This document shows, piece after piece, positions 1 to 13,939 of a stretch of DNA of 64,000 bases. Within the stretch, counting starts at the first letter, position 1. The number at the start of each line of letters is the position of its first letter. The stretch is taken from assembly GCF_009914755.1 (NCBI RefSeq), contig NC_060926.1, one strand, 5' to 3'. Below the pieces are notes generated by a model. The model was not told where the DNA came from. It saw only the letters and a list, made by a program, of their open reading frames with translations, and made no database searches. This DNA comes from the human T2T-CHM13v2.0 reference genome, Homo sapiens. The translations under genes were made by a program, and so were the position numbers.

Positions 1-2205
1 AGAAAAGGCCTTTGATAAAATTCAACATCCCTTCATGTTAAAAATTTTCAATAAATTATTAATGGAACATATCTCAAAATCATAAGAGCTATTAATGACA
101 AACCCAAAGCCAATATCACATTAAATGGGCAAAAACTGGAAGCATTCTCTTTGAAAACTGGTACAAGACAAGGATGCCCTCTCTCACCGCTCCTATTCAA
201 CATAGTACTGGCAGTTCTGACCAGGGCAACCAGGCAAGAGAAAGAAATAAAGGGTATTCAAATAGGAAGACAGGAAGTCAAATTGTCTCTGTTTGCAGAC
301 GACCTGATTTTGTATTTAGAAAACCCCATTATCTCAGCCCCAAAACTCCTTAAGCTGATAAGCAACTTCAGCGAAGACTCAGGATACAAAATCAATATGT
401 AAAAACCACAAGCATTCCTTTATGCCTACAACAGATAGAGAGCCAAATCATGAATAAACTTCCATTCATAATTGCTACAAAGAGAATAAAATACCTAGGA
501 TACAGTTAACAAGGGATGTGAAGGACCTCTCAAGGAGAACTACAAACCACTGCTCAAGGAAATAAGAGAGGACACAAACAAATGGAAAACTATTTCCATG
601 CTCATGGATAGGAAGAATCAATGTATCGTGAAAGTGGCCATAGTGCCCAAAGTAATTTATAGATTTAATGCTATTCCCATCAAACTACCACTGACATTCT
701 TCACAGAATTAGAAAAAACTACTTTAAATTTCATATGGAATCAAAGGAGACCCCATCTAGCCAACACAATCCTAAGCAAAAAGAATCAAGCTAGAGGCAT
801 CATGCTACCTGACTTCAAACTATACTACAAGGCTACAGTGACCAAAACAGCATGGTCCTGGTACCAAAACAGACATATAGACCAAAGGAACAGAACAGAG
901 ACCTCACAAATACCACCATGCATCTACAACCATCTGATCTTTGACAAACCTGACAGAAAGAAGAAATGGGGAAAGGATTTCCTATTCAATAAATGGTGGC
1001 GGGAGAACTGGCTAGCCATATGAGGAAAACTGAAACTGAACCCCTTCCTTACACTTTATACAAAAAATTAAGTCAAGATGGATTAAAGACTTAAATGTAA
1101 AACCCAAAACCATAAAAACCCTAGAAGAAAACCTAGGCAATACCATTCAGGACATCGGCAAGGGCAAAGACTTCATGACAAAAACGCCAAAGCAATTGCA
1201 ACAAAAGCCAAAATTGACAAATTGGATCTAATTAAACTAAAGAGCTTCTGCACAGCAAAAGAAACTAGCATTAGAGTGAACAGGCAACCTACAGAATGGG
1301 AGAAAATTTTTGTAATCTACCCATCTGACAAAGATCCAATATCCAGAATTTACAAGAAACTTAAACAAATTTACAACAAAAAAAACAACCCCATCAAAAA
1401 GTGGGCAAAGGGTATGAACAAACACTTCTCAAAAGACATTTACACCTCCAAGAAACACATGAAAAAAAGCTTAACATCACTGGTCATTAGAGAAATGCAA
1501 ATCAAAACCATAATGAGATACCATCTCACGCCAGTTAGAATAGCGATTATTTTAAAAGTCAAGAAACAATAGATGCTGGCAAGGCTGTGAAGAAATAGGA
1601 ATGCTTTTACACTGTTGGTGGGAATGTAAATTAGTTCGATGATTGTGGAAGACAGTATGGCAATTTCTCAAGGATCTAGAACCAGAAATGCCATTTGACC
1701 TAGTAATCTCATTACTCAGTATATACTCAAAGGAATGTAAATCATTCTTCTATAAGGACACATACACACATATGCTTATTGCAGCACTATTTACAAAAGC
1801 AAAGCCATGGAACCAACCCAATGTCCATCAAGGACAGACTGGATAAAGAAAATGTGGTACATATATACCATGGAATACTATGCAGCCATAAAAAGGTATG
1901 CAATCATGACCTTTGCAGGGACATAGATGAAGCTAGAAGCCATTATCCTCAGCAAACTAACACATGAACAGAAAACAAAACACCACATGTTCTCACTCAT
2001 AAGTGAGAGATGAACTATGAGAACACATGGACCCAGGGAGGGGAACAACACACACCAGGGCCTGTTGAGGGGTTGCGGGAGAGGAGAGGAAACTTAGATG
2101 ACAGGTCAATAGGTGCAGCAAGCCACCATGGCACACATATACCTATGTAACAAACCTGCACATTCTGCACATGTATCCCAGGACTTAAAGTAAAATAAAT
2201 TTTTA
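1..2205 (+). mobile_element. LINE-1, older primate L1PA type: 3' part of ORF2 (RT and C-terminal region), 3'UTR and tail; decayed
   Basis: ORFs 151-402 ([11 protein letters not shown]...LFADD RT motifs), 598-1023, 1222-1572, 1643-1846 are broken ORF2 pieces; canonical 3'UTR end ...ctgcacatgtatcccaggacttaaagtaaaataaa. Confidence 0.95.
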
Positions 2206-2209
2206 AAAA

Positions 2210-2500
2210 AGTCAGTTAATAACACACATTAGCAAGGATGTAGAAAACCTGGAACCTTAACATATTCCTTGTGGAAATGTAAAACATGTGCAGACACTTT
2301 GGAAAACAAAAAGTTTGGCAGTTTCTTCAGATGTTAGACATAATATAACAAACAATGCAGAAATTCTACATCTAGAGAAATCAAAACATATTTCCATACA
2401 AAGACTTTTACATCAATGTTCAGAGCAGCATTATTCAAAATAGCTAAGAAATGGAAACAACCCAAATGTCCACCAACTGGTGAATGGAAGAAGTAAATGC
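2210..2500 (+). mobile_element. Old L1M 3' fragment
   Basis: Motifs gcagcattattcaaaatagc / tggaaacaacccaaatgtccaccaactggtgaatgga. Confidence 0.7.
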
Positions 2501-4659
2501 TGGCCAAGATACTGTAATATAACTGACATTCTGCTCACTTTTATTTAAATATTTCTAAACAATAATTTTACAAATTCAAACTAGCTCTATACTTAGCCCA
2601 TGCTCAAGTTTTAAACATTAATCAGTCCAGTCGTATAAATCTGTAGCCACTTAAAATGCTCATAACAAGCTTTCCCACAGTGCAAATGATTTTTTAATGG
2701 GAACCTTGTATACAATCCATTTCTAACTCTAATTAGATTTATCTAGAGAAAACACCATTGGTTAAGTGATATACCTAATACTAGCTAAACAAAATGTTAA
2801 TATACTCTAAGTGGTAGAATACTGTTCCATCTAAAAAGCATAATGACCAACATTAATAAGAAATTGGAAATCTGTAATTTTGGTAGTTATTCACAAATTA
2901 TGCATTTTGTTCTATTTATAGACAAACATCCTGTTCACAGGGACAACAGCAATATCTTCAAACTTGTCGGCTCCATTTGTACTAACATAAATGCTACTGC
3001 ATAACAATTACATCTTTATTTTGCTTGGATATATAAATAAAAATCATTATTTTCACAAGTGAAGTAATGAAAGTCTTAAGTATTAAAGTAGATTACACAT
3101 AAAGTCATCTCTCATTTATGAGCTATAATTTAATGTGGTTATTATATCTACTGTTAATGTGTAACACACGGCATCTTATAGCTAAGCACTATATTTTAAC
3201 CTAATGATAGTAGCTATAACATTCTGAAATGTGCCTCATAAATCAAAGCCGTAATGCGTGCATTGCAGGTTTGGACTAGCACTTCATGAGATCTAGATCT
3301 ATTACAATTTGCTGAAAGGGGACAAAGGCAGACAGGAAAGCTTTTAAGAGGCTTAAAAAGAAAAGCAAAAGACAATCATTTTGGAAGAACTCCTTTTCCT
3401 TGCTAAGTGGAACTTGTAGAGGACTACCAGTGGTCTCCTTCATTTACTGACGGGATTTAATAGAGTAACATGTGCCCACTTGCAGTAACACAGCATGGCC
3501 CACTGCAAAGAAGCCACCAAGAGGCCAGGCTGACATTTTATAATTCACTGTAGAAGCAGAAAATAGAAGTCCCCAAAGTCACAAAAGGCTTTTCACAGAT
3601 TTTGGAAAGAACAAGCGGGTTCCAAATAATTCATAAAGCTGAGCTTAGCAAACACATTGCAATTCCATGCTCAACAGAAAAATGATACACTCCTCACACT
3701 GGCCAAAACATCACAGCACCTCAGTAGCACCACATGATGACTGAAAATCCACTTCCTAATTCATTTTAGGAAAAAAAAAAAAAATCCACTTCCTAATTTA
3801 TTTTTACCACTGACTGATCATTATGCAGTTGGTGTTTCCAACTGAGCTTTATGAAAAGTTAACTAGGCATTCACTAATTGAGAAGCACAATAAGAGCACA
3901 CAGAGATGGCATACCTCCAGTGACCGGACAATACCACGTCACACCGTAAAGTGCTAAAACGGAACAGTGAGAGAGAATGCTTAGGGAATATAGAGAACGG
4001 GGCAATTAAAGGACTCAAGGAAAACTTCACAAAGAAAATACTTCATATGGAAGGGATAAGAGCACAAGACAAGCACAAGAGCACAAGATAAGAAGTGTCC
4101 TCCAAACAGAGAGAAAACTCTATAAAATAACACTAAAGGCACCAAAGTGCCTGCACAGAAAATGGTGATATGTTCCCCACCACTGGAACATAACAGATGT
4201 TTGAAAGGCATGAAAAGGGATGATGCTGGAGGCAGGCAGAGTAGGAGATGTGACTGGACAAGTTGTGGAGGGATCAGAGGTTCAAAAGGAACAAAACTTC
4301 AGATAAAGATCTCATGAAAACTAGGTCTTCAATTGGACCTTGAAAGACAACTCCTCCTAATACATGGAACATTTAGTGACCCATTAGCTAGTATAAGAAC
4401 TGTTCTGAATCCCACAGAGAGAACAGCAAAGAAATGTAATGTGTTTTCACATCCAATGAGGGAAAACAATAGTTGCTAGTCAGTACAACTACAAATCAAA
4501 ACATGCCAAAGGACAAAGTGTATCCATATCACTCTAGGACCCTAGAAAATGCTATGGCTGCCATCTGAAGGGAGTGAGTGCAACAACAACAAAAGAAGTC
4601 TACTGCCTGCAGTGCTGGTGGCTGAATGCCATCCTCCACTGAATGGTGCATCTTCTAGA

Positions 4660-5022
4660 CCTCTGATGTCCAATCTGGTAGACAGTAGCCTCATGTGGTT
4701 ATTTAAATTTAAATTAAATAAAATTAAATACAATTTAAGGTTGGATGCAGTGGTTCACGCCTGTATTCCCAGCACTTTGGGAGGCCAAAGCTGGTGGATC
4801 ACTTGAGGCCAGGAGTTCAAGACCGGCCTGGCCAACAGAGTGAAACCTCATCTCAAAAATAAATAAATTAATTAAATACATTTAATTTAAAATGTGATCC
4901 CTTAAGTGCACTAGTGATATTTCAAGTGCTCAATAGCTCTGTGTGATCAGTGGCTACAATGATGAACAGTGCAGGTATGACATATTTCCTTCACTGAAGA
5001 AAGTTCTATTGGCAGTGCTGTC
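4660..5022 (-). mobile_element. MER3-like hAT-Charlie DNA transposon split by an Alu monomer
   Basis: tgtccaat...gtagcc..atgtggttatttaaattt and ttcaagtgctcaatagc...gaaagttctattgg. Confidence 0.7.
4739..4870 (+). mobile_element. Alu left monomer (FLAM-like)
   Basis: Alu left-arm sequence; flanked by near-identical aattaaataca(a/t)tt TSD. Confidence 0.85.
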
Positions 5023-5859
5023 CTAGAGTCATCACTGCAGGAGGAAGAGGCGAAAATTCCATAGGGGCAAAAAGTAACATTACAACCCTCTTTGAGATAA
5101 TCAGATTACTTAGTATTGAACTGGGAATACACACGCATATTAGATCCATGTTCACCAAATTAAATTTTAATATTAAAAAAAGAGTTGTGAGAATGGGGTA
5201 GTTGCATATATTCTACTCTGGGCAAAAGCTAAGTATCTTTGCCCTAATTCCACCAATAGACTCCACAACTGAAGCTTTGTACCAGAGTTCTAAAAGTAAC
5301 AGTAGAGTACACAAATACTAATGACTTTGTCAAGATGGATACAGCAAAAAAAAAAGTTAGTGCAGTTCACTTACCACAATAGGTGTCTCCCAAAATAGTC
5401 ACAAGAAAAATAAAGGATATTTTACACTGTGAAAGTGAAGCTTACCATTTGATGGAATCTCATGAAAAACCAATCTATATAGAGAATCATCACGTCTTAA
5501 TTTGTCTAGCTGGGATGTCAGAAACCGGGCCACTGTCTTTGATCTAAAAAATGCTAATTCTACGTTTCTAGAAACAGTCATGAAAAGTTAAATTCCCTGG
5601 AGCAAACACTGACCAAAAGAAGACAGGTTTCAGGGAGCATACTCTTCCTCCTTTGTCTCCCAGGATGGAAGATTCTGAAACACATATAGACTTAATTGGT
5701 TCGGACAATTTTATTCATAAGAATCTCAATGAGGAAAAGGAACACAACAAAAATCCAACACAAAATAAGCAAGAGAATCGAACAAGTACCTCAAAAAGAG
5801 GATCTCTCCTGAGCTATCTCCATCTCATTAGTAATCAGAAAAATATAAATCAATTAATT

Positions 5860-6900
<1,041 letters not shown>

Positions 6901-6937
6901 ACACACACAAAAGCTGAAAAGAAAAGTGGTCTGCATG

Positions 6938-6961
6938 CACACACACACACACACACACACA
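6938..6961. repeat. (CA)n microsatellite
   Basis: About 12 CA units. Confidence 0.9.
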
Positions 6962-7048
6962 AAACCCCTCTCATCCACAAGGTTAGGTAATCCCACTTTA
7001 TTCCACTCTCAGCCACCTTTCAAACTCCGCTCCCTCATTTTAACTTAC

Positions 7049-7138
7049 CTCTTGTACTGCTTTACTAGTTAATGGTGAAGCACTGATATTTTCCCCTCCT
7101 TCATGATGGATCTGGAAATTCACTCTTTGATAAAGAAT
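7049..7138 (-). CDS. NBAS: NBAS internal exon (~exon 35), 90 nt, ILYQRVNFQIHHEGGENISASPLTSKAVQE
   Basis: cttgtttTAG acceptor, GAG|GTAAGT donor; phase 0->0; the gene continues beyond the left edge of the window. Confidence 0.96.
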
Positions 7139-7367
7139 CTAAAACAAGAATAGGCTATATTGTAAAGGAGTTACGTTTTTAAATTTGCTTCTCATCACAA
7201 TATAGGCTTGAAATTTAAAAAGTACTTTTAAAAAGAAAATTACCTTTTCATAATGATTAGTTTTGGTAACAGGCTTACTTCAGGACTTCACAAACAGTTT
7301 CAAAAGGATGCAATGGTTTCAGAAGTGGGGATCAAGTGTGAAAAAAATGATATACAATGTAATGAAT

Positions 7368-8076
7368 TGTTACAGGCAGTGTATGTGTTCAGGTCTGGAA
7401 CAGCCTCAATTCTTGCCTCCAAAGAAGAAAAAATTTGACTGGGGGGCATATGCAGAAAAAGAGACCGAGGCGAGTTTTAGAGCAAGAGTGAAAGTTTATT
7501 AAAAAGCTTTAGAGCAGGAATGAAAGGAAGGAAGATACACCTGGAAGAGGCCCAAGGGAGGGATTTGAAGGACAAGTGCGGGTTTTGACCTTTGGCTTAG
7601 AGCTTTACATCCTGGCACGTTGCCAGGTTCTTGTGCCCCTTCTCTCCTGATTCTTCCCTTGGGGTGGGTTGTGCACACGTGCAATGGCCTGCTGGTGATG
7701 GGAGGGGAGCGTGCGCAGTGTGTTTACAGGAGTCGTATGCATGTTCAGCTGCAGCGTTCTTCCCTTTTCCGGTGGAATGCCCTCACAGGTCATACGCCAG
7801 TGAAACTCCACCATTTTGCCTCTTAGTGAACATGCTTGAGCTCACTGGCCAACACCTGAGATCTTATCAGGAAGCTGCTGATCACCAGTTTCAGGGGTTT
7901 TTTTCTATCTATAGGGAAACTGTCTTTCCCTGGTGCTGGCTGCAACCAATTATTATCTTAGAGAGGCAGTGTGACAACTGCCTGACCCATCTGATGGTCG
8001 CCTGACTTTCCTGGTGGGGTGTGGGGGCCCTCTCCCGTCTTGCTCATGTCTGCCTGACTAGCTACCAACTGTAAGA
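7368..8076 (-). mobile_element. ERV1 solo LTR, MER50-like
   Basis: tgttaca...tgtaaga termini, perfect 4-bp TSD GAAT (7364-7367, 8077-8080), AATAAA on minus strand at 7495-7500. Confidence 0.8.
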
Positions 8077-8609
8077 GAATGACTATGGGATGAAAATGTG
8101 AATTCTAGACTCTCCTCATACATTTAACAGTGTTTCTCCACAGGGGCACTATCCTCTCCTATGCAGATCTATTCTGTGAATTTTAGGAAATTTAGCATCC
8201 CCCCCAACCAAAGCCCACCTCAATCCCCAATTTCCAAAGGATCCCTAAGGGAATGGTTGCTCCACTGGCTTTAACCCATATGATTTCAGACATATTTTAC
8301 ATGACCATTTAGCATATGTTTAATTCACAACACTAACTTTCCCCATTATTTTCAATAATTTCTTTCCAAATATTACTTTCTTTCTTTCTCAAGGCTGTCT
8401 TGTATCCTTTCTTCCTTGCTGTTATAAAGCCAGCAACATTATGTTATATCCTAATATTTTCATGTCCCTTTTCCATAAGTGACAATCTAGTTTTCTTCCA
8501 TAAATTAAAATTCTCATACTACTTTTTTAAGTGACCACATACCTCAGATACACACACCCAACAACATGGACGTCATACAGGTTAGGATTTCCTTTATCGA
8601 AGGACTTAC

Positions 8610-8767
8610 TTCTGTCTGCAGAGAGCTGCTAGCTGCCAAAAGAAGTTCAATGCTGCTAGGAGGGCAATGTGTCAAAGCAAAAGCCATGAGCTCTTGACGA
8701 GTGGCCAAGTCCTGGTAACCTTCTGATTGTCCTAACTGGCTACAAACATCCCAACTTTTAGGATAAC
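8610..8767 (-). CDS. NBAS: NBAS internal exon (~exon 34), 158 nt, (G)YPKSWDVCSQLGQSEGYQDLATRQELMAFALTHCPPSSIELLLAASSSLQTE
   Basis: ttttgCAG acceptor, GAA|GTAAGT donor; phase 1->0; overlaps ORF 8544..8819. Confidence 0.96.
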
Positions 8768-9059
8768 CTGCAAAATTGGCAAGGAAAAAAATGATTCCCA
8801 AAAGAAGAAGAATGTTCAATCTAAGATGACAAATGCAATGGCTTCCTGCTCAGGTCTTGTGGTACCAAAGCAAAATCATAGTCATTAGTGACACATTATT
8901 TTATAAGCAGAAACAGATAAGAATCTAAGCTAGGAAAGATTAGGGTGGTTTATTATCCAGAAAGTTCAATGCTACTCTAAACAAGTGTTTCTGACAAACT
9001 CTGTTAAATTTTAGATTAACTGACAATAAATGCAAATGATCTACTGAGATTTGGTGTTC

Positions 9060-9270
9060 TGTGAAAAGGCAGCCATCTGAATTCGGAAGATCTGAGGGCC
9101 TGCTGCAACCCTGCTACTTAGCACTCCTGTGAGAGCTTTAAGAAAGAGCCAAAAGTCTCACAATTCTTTTCCTACAAGGACAATAATAACACCTTCCTCT
9201 TGGGTTGTTGAAGGAATTAAGTAACATTTGTATTTAAAAGCACATGTAAACTGCAAAGTGCTAGAAAAAG
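9060..9270 (+). mobile_element. MIR
   Basis: MIR core/3' end ...gggttgttgaaggaattaag...aaagcac..gtaaactgcaaagtgct. Confidence 0.6.
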
Positions 9271-9755
9271 AGATATTATGATAGATCTCCATACAGAATC
9301 ACTCACTTTATAGATAAGACAGATATCTAAGGACAGTGACCGAATCACCCCCCAACTCCCAGCAGGGATCTTTTTCCTATACATTATACTCTGAATTCTT
9401 AAAATACATTTTTATTCTTATTTGAAGGAATTCCAGCCTTAGGCCTATTTGTCTAAGTACAAAACTTGTAGTACAGAATAATTTTTTTCTAAATATGTGA
9501 AGTAAAAATTAATTCAGCTATTACCCTTACCAGAATAAAATCATTATAAAGCTCTCCATATGAACAATTTAGTTCAGTACATTTTCACAGACAGCCATAG
9601 TTATTCTAAATTTAATGTTGCAAAATCACTCGGTTAATATTATGGAACACAGCTCATTTATGAAAACAATTTGCTAATGCTGAAGTTGTAATATATTGAA
9701 TCATTTTTGAAGAGTTTTAAATGTTTTCACAGATGTAAAGCCAAAGATCCTCTCT

Positions 9756-10178
9756 GTGACCAAAGTTAAATCAGACAACCCTGAGCCCTCTTCTCAGCTA
9801 GGCCTTAACCTTGGCCCCCAGCCTTGCTAGGCTGCATACTCCAGTTTTAGCAAAAATCCTACTAAGTCAGTTTAGCCAGAATCCTCAAATTCTCAAGGAC
9901 TGATCAAATTACTTATCCCTCAGCGGTGATATCTGATCATCCTGGCCAGCCTTCAGCAAGGTCCTATTAAATCATTTTAGCAAGGATCCCCTGCCCTTGA
10001 TGTCTCTTAATTTTCCACCCACTGACCCTTCAGTTAGCCTGCTGGCTACAAATGTCCAGCTATCCTTGCTGTATTCAGAGTTGAGTCCAATCTCTCTCCC
10101 CTATTGCAGTGGTCTTCATACACATCACAATAGTCCTTGTTGTTATTAACAAGTGTCAGAATAATGTTTTCTTTAACA
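9756..10178 (+). mobile_element. ERV1 LTR, MER31-like
   Basis: ccagttttagcaaaaatcct, gagttgagtccaatctctctcccctattgca, ends tttctttaaca. Confidence 0.65.
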
Positions 10179-10375
10179 GTACACATGTGAAAGTTGCACA
10201 AATCATTAGTGCAGAGCTCCATGAGTCACCATGAAGTGAAGCCCTGCATTTTAACCACTCCCTAATTAATGCTTTGATAGTGGGTAGAAAGATGTGTTTG
10301 GACCTTCACATATTCTTCACATATTCAAGCATAGCCATGGAAAGCTGACAATTTAGTACAGAGCCCATGATAAGA

Positions 10376-10403
10376 AAACAACAACAACAACAACAACAAC
10401 AAA
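10376..10403. repeat. (AAC)n microsatellite
   Basis: About 8 AAC units. Confidence 0.9.
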
Positions 10404-10567
10404 ACTCCCTATCACACTGAAGAATGTGTTCTTTACGTGAGAAATTATTCTACAATAAAATCTGATTATCCTGCAGAGACTTGAATTTGAATTTCAATAT
10501 GAAGAATTTTGGAGTTGCAAACCACTTCCCAATTTCTCAACATCGGTTTGAAAAGCACTATGCTATC

Positions 10568-10973
10568 TGATACGGTTTGGATCTGTGTCCCCATCCAAAC
10601 CTCATGTTGAAATGTAATCCCCAGTGCTGGAGGTGGGGCCTTGGGGGAGGTGATTAGATCATGGGTGCAATTTCTCATGGTTTAACATCATATCCGCTTG
10701 GTGCTGTCGTTGTGATAGTGAGTTGAGATCTGGTTGTTTAAAAGTGTGTAGTCCCTCCCCCATCTCTCTCTTCCTTCTAATCCAGCCAGTTAAGCCTCCT
10801 GCTCCCACTCTGCCTTCTGCTGTGAGTGAAAGCTCCCTGAAGACTTCCCGGAGGCAGATGCTGCCCTACTTCCTGTACAGCTTGCAGAACTGTGAGCCGA
10901 TTAAACCTCTTTCCTTTATAAATTACCCAGTCTCAGGTATTTCTTTATAGCAGTGTGAGAACGAAATAATACA
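10568..10973 (+). mobile_element. MaLR solo LTR, MSTA-like
   Basis: tgatacggtttggatctgtgtcccc...taataca; perfect 5-bp TSD CTATC. Confidence 0.9.
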
Positions 10974-11359
10974 CTATCTTTAAAAAAAATTAAAGAATGG
11001 AAATATTGACTATATAGACACAAACTAATATAAAAATTTAAATTTTCTCTTAGATAACAAATACAGGAAATGGCATTGAAATATTTTGCATAAAATTATT
11101 TTTAAATTACGAGCATGTTTTGAATAGGGACTAGAAAGCAACCAAAATCTCAAATAAAATTTAATGTCTGAATCTGTTAAAATGTTTACATTAACATATA
11201 AGTACACAGCCTATATACTTACCAGTGCTCATAAAATGTATCTCAAGCCTCAATGTGGCTGGCTTACCAATCAGGTCAATTGATTTCAGAACAGACCTTT
11301 TCCATTATCCATCACATAAAGAGGACATAAGCAAAGTGTTAAATAAGCTGTCTACTCAC

Positions 11360-11473
11360 CTGTGGCCATCAGCTCCTGACAATGCATACTGGCTGCTTTG
11401 TAGTCATGGAAGCGAAGTGCCTGCTCCACTAAAAGGATTAGAACCTGTCCCCGCCTTTCTTCTGGGTTCTCAC
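11360..11473 (-). CDS. NBAS: NBAS internal exon (~exon 33), 114 nt, (G)ENPEERRGQVLILLVEQALRFHDYKAASMHCQELMAT(G)
   Basis: cttaCAG acceptor, CAG|GTGAGT donor; phase 1->1. Confidence 0.96.
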
Positions 11474-11959
11474 CTGTAAGTCCAAGCAAAGGACTTAATG
11501 ATTATGACAAGCAACGTCAATTGATAGAAGAGCTTGTTAACACTGTCTTTCAAATTACTTAAAAAATAAAACAGAGAGATTACAGGGATTTTAAATGATG
11601 AGAGGAAAAAGTTGCTTTGACCTTTCAATCCACTTATGAAGCATGGAATTAGCCATCAGTCTCCTAAGAGATCAATGATTAATATTAGTTCCCAATTAAA
11701 ATACCCAAACCAGGAAGTCCAAAATCATGGTAGTTTGGAACCCTACAAAAAAGTCTTGGTATTACCAGGGTAAGGGAAAGAGAAGAAAATTTATGTTTCC
11801 AAAAGAAACCAGGTTATAAAAAGGGCTTGAAAAATAATGACCAGCAGATTAAGTGAACGGATGAAGATGATGCAGCAATAAACTTCTCATCATAAAAATT
11901 CAACTACTATTTAGAAATTGGAATGCAAATGCTGTCCAGAGCACTGGCAAAGATTGTTC

Positions 11960-12720
11960 CTTAACAAATTCTCGTTGGGCTCCTCTGAGCCTTACTGGGC
12001 CCTGTCCTTGGACATATCCTTGAGAGCCCAATTTTAGCACAACTTCTGCTATCAGTTGTAGCCAGAATCCTCCACTCTGGATATCTGGTCATCCCTGGTA
12101 ATCTGATCAAATCCCTCATCCCCACCACCAACCCCCAGATGTTATCTGGCACCCTAGCCAGCCCTCAGGCAAGAATTTGTACCCTGTTAGGTGGTTTAAC
12201 CAGAATGCCTCCTTACCACAGTGATTCTTCTTTGTAATTTTCCATCTGCCCCAACTGAGGTTCCAACATAAGTAAAACCCAACTCAATGGAAACAGTAAA
12301 ATCAGAAACAACCAACTACAACTAGAGACTACCCACATTAACTAATCAAGTATTTTCTTTGTCCACAAACACCTTATACAATTTTCCCATCACACTCACT
12401 CAGAAGAGCCCTGAACTACTGTGAGTTTGGTGCTGCCTGATTCATGAATTGCTGTCTGCTGAAAATAAACCCTTAAAATTTTAATGAGCATAAGTTTACT
12501 TTTAACAAGCCCAATTTCTCTCTCTTACTGCAAAATTCCATTGCAGTAGTCCCTGTACCTATAGTGCAGAGTCTCGCTTACAATTTTTTGTTTATTCATT
12601 TGAAGAGACAGGTCAAAACCTATGTTGCCCAGGCTGGTCTTAAACTCCTGGGCTCAAGTGATCCCCATGCCTCAGCCTCTCATTTAAACATGCATCAGGG
12701 ATAATTTTTTCATTAACAGC
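11960..12720 (+). mobile_element. ERV1 LTR, MER31-like, with nested LTR fragment and minus-strand Alu fragment (~12590-12680)
   Basis: Paralogous to 9756-10178 (cccaattttagcac, agccagaatcctc, ccattgcagtagtccc). Confidence 0.55.
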
Positions 12721-13192
12721 ACCCATGGATCTCAATCACACAGATGAATATATATATAAATGAGGATGAAAAATACAATTTACAATATCTTTAAAGCAAG
12801 TCTTACATTATTAACTTTACCCTGTGTAAACAGGATCACTATGAGATACATAGGAATGGGATATGGCTCCCCCTTCAAGCATTTTTTCTTTTGTCTTCTC
12901 TTGTCCAACTGATCACAAAACCCACACCACTATCTTGCTGGCAATATAACCACTAACCCTGGGGCTTTAGTCATACCAAGAGAATGGCCATTCTTCTGTG
13001 CTCTCATGATGTTTGACCATGCCTTTTACTTAAAGAATTCTGGGAAATGGACTTAAGAAAATCTAAATATCAAACTAAGGTTGTGGAGTGTCTCTCCTGG
13101 GGAACAAAGGCTGGAAATGGATCTGCGGCCTGTTGCTACCAGCCAGACCACCAAGTGACCCATTATTTAAGGTAACTATGGCAACCAAATAA

Positions 13193-13800
<608 letters not shown>

Positions 13801-13939
13801 TTGTGTTCATTTTTATTAGGTGAGGAGCCAACCGGCCTGTGATCTGCAAAAGCCACAAAATTACTATGCTAGCCAACACACTATCTACATTAAATTTTTG
13901 ACTTTTTTTCCTTCTAAAGGCTAACAGAATGAAAATAAT

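Noticed and set aside
151-1967. Reverse-transcriptase-like ORFs as an active or novel RT system
   Set aside because: Ordinary L1 ORF2 broken by stops and frameshifts
5446-5543. Possible 98-nt cryptic exon (tttttTAG ... ATG|GTAAGC) with in-frame TGA
   Set aside because: Such pseudo-exons are common in long introns and nothing else marks this one
7263-8005. Overlapping ORFs up to 124 aa
   Set aside because: Lie in a solo LTR; no recognisable gag/pol/env motif
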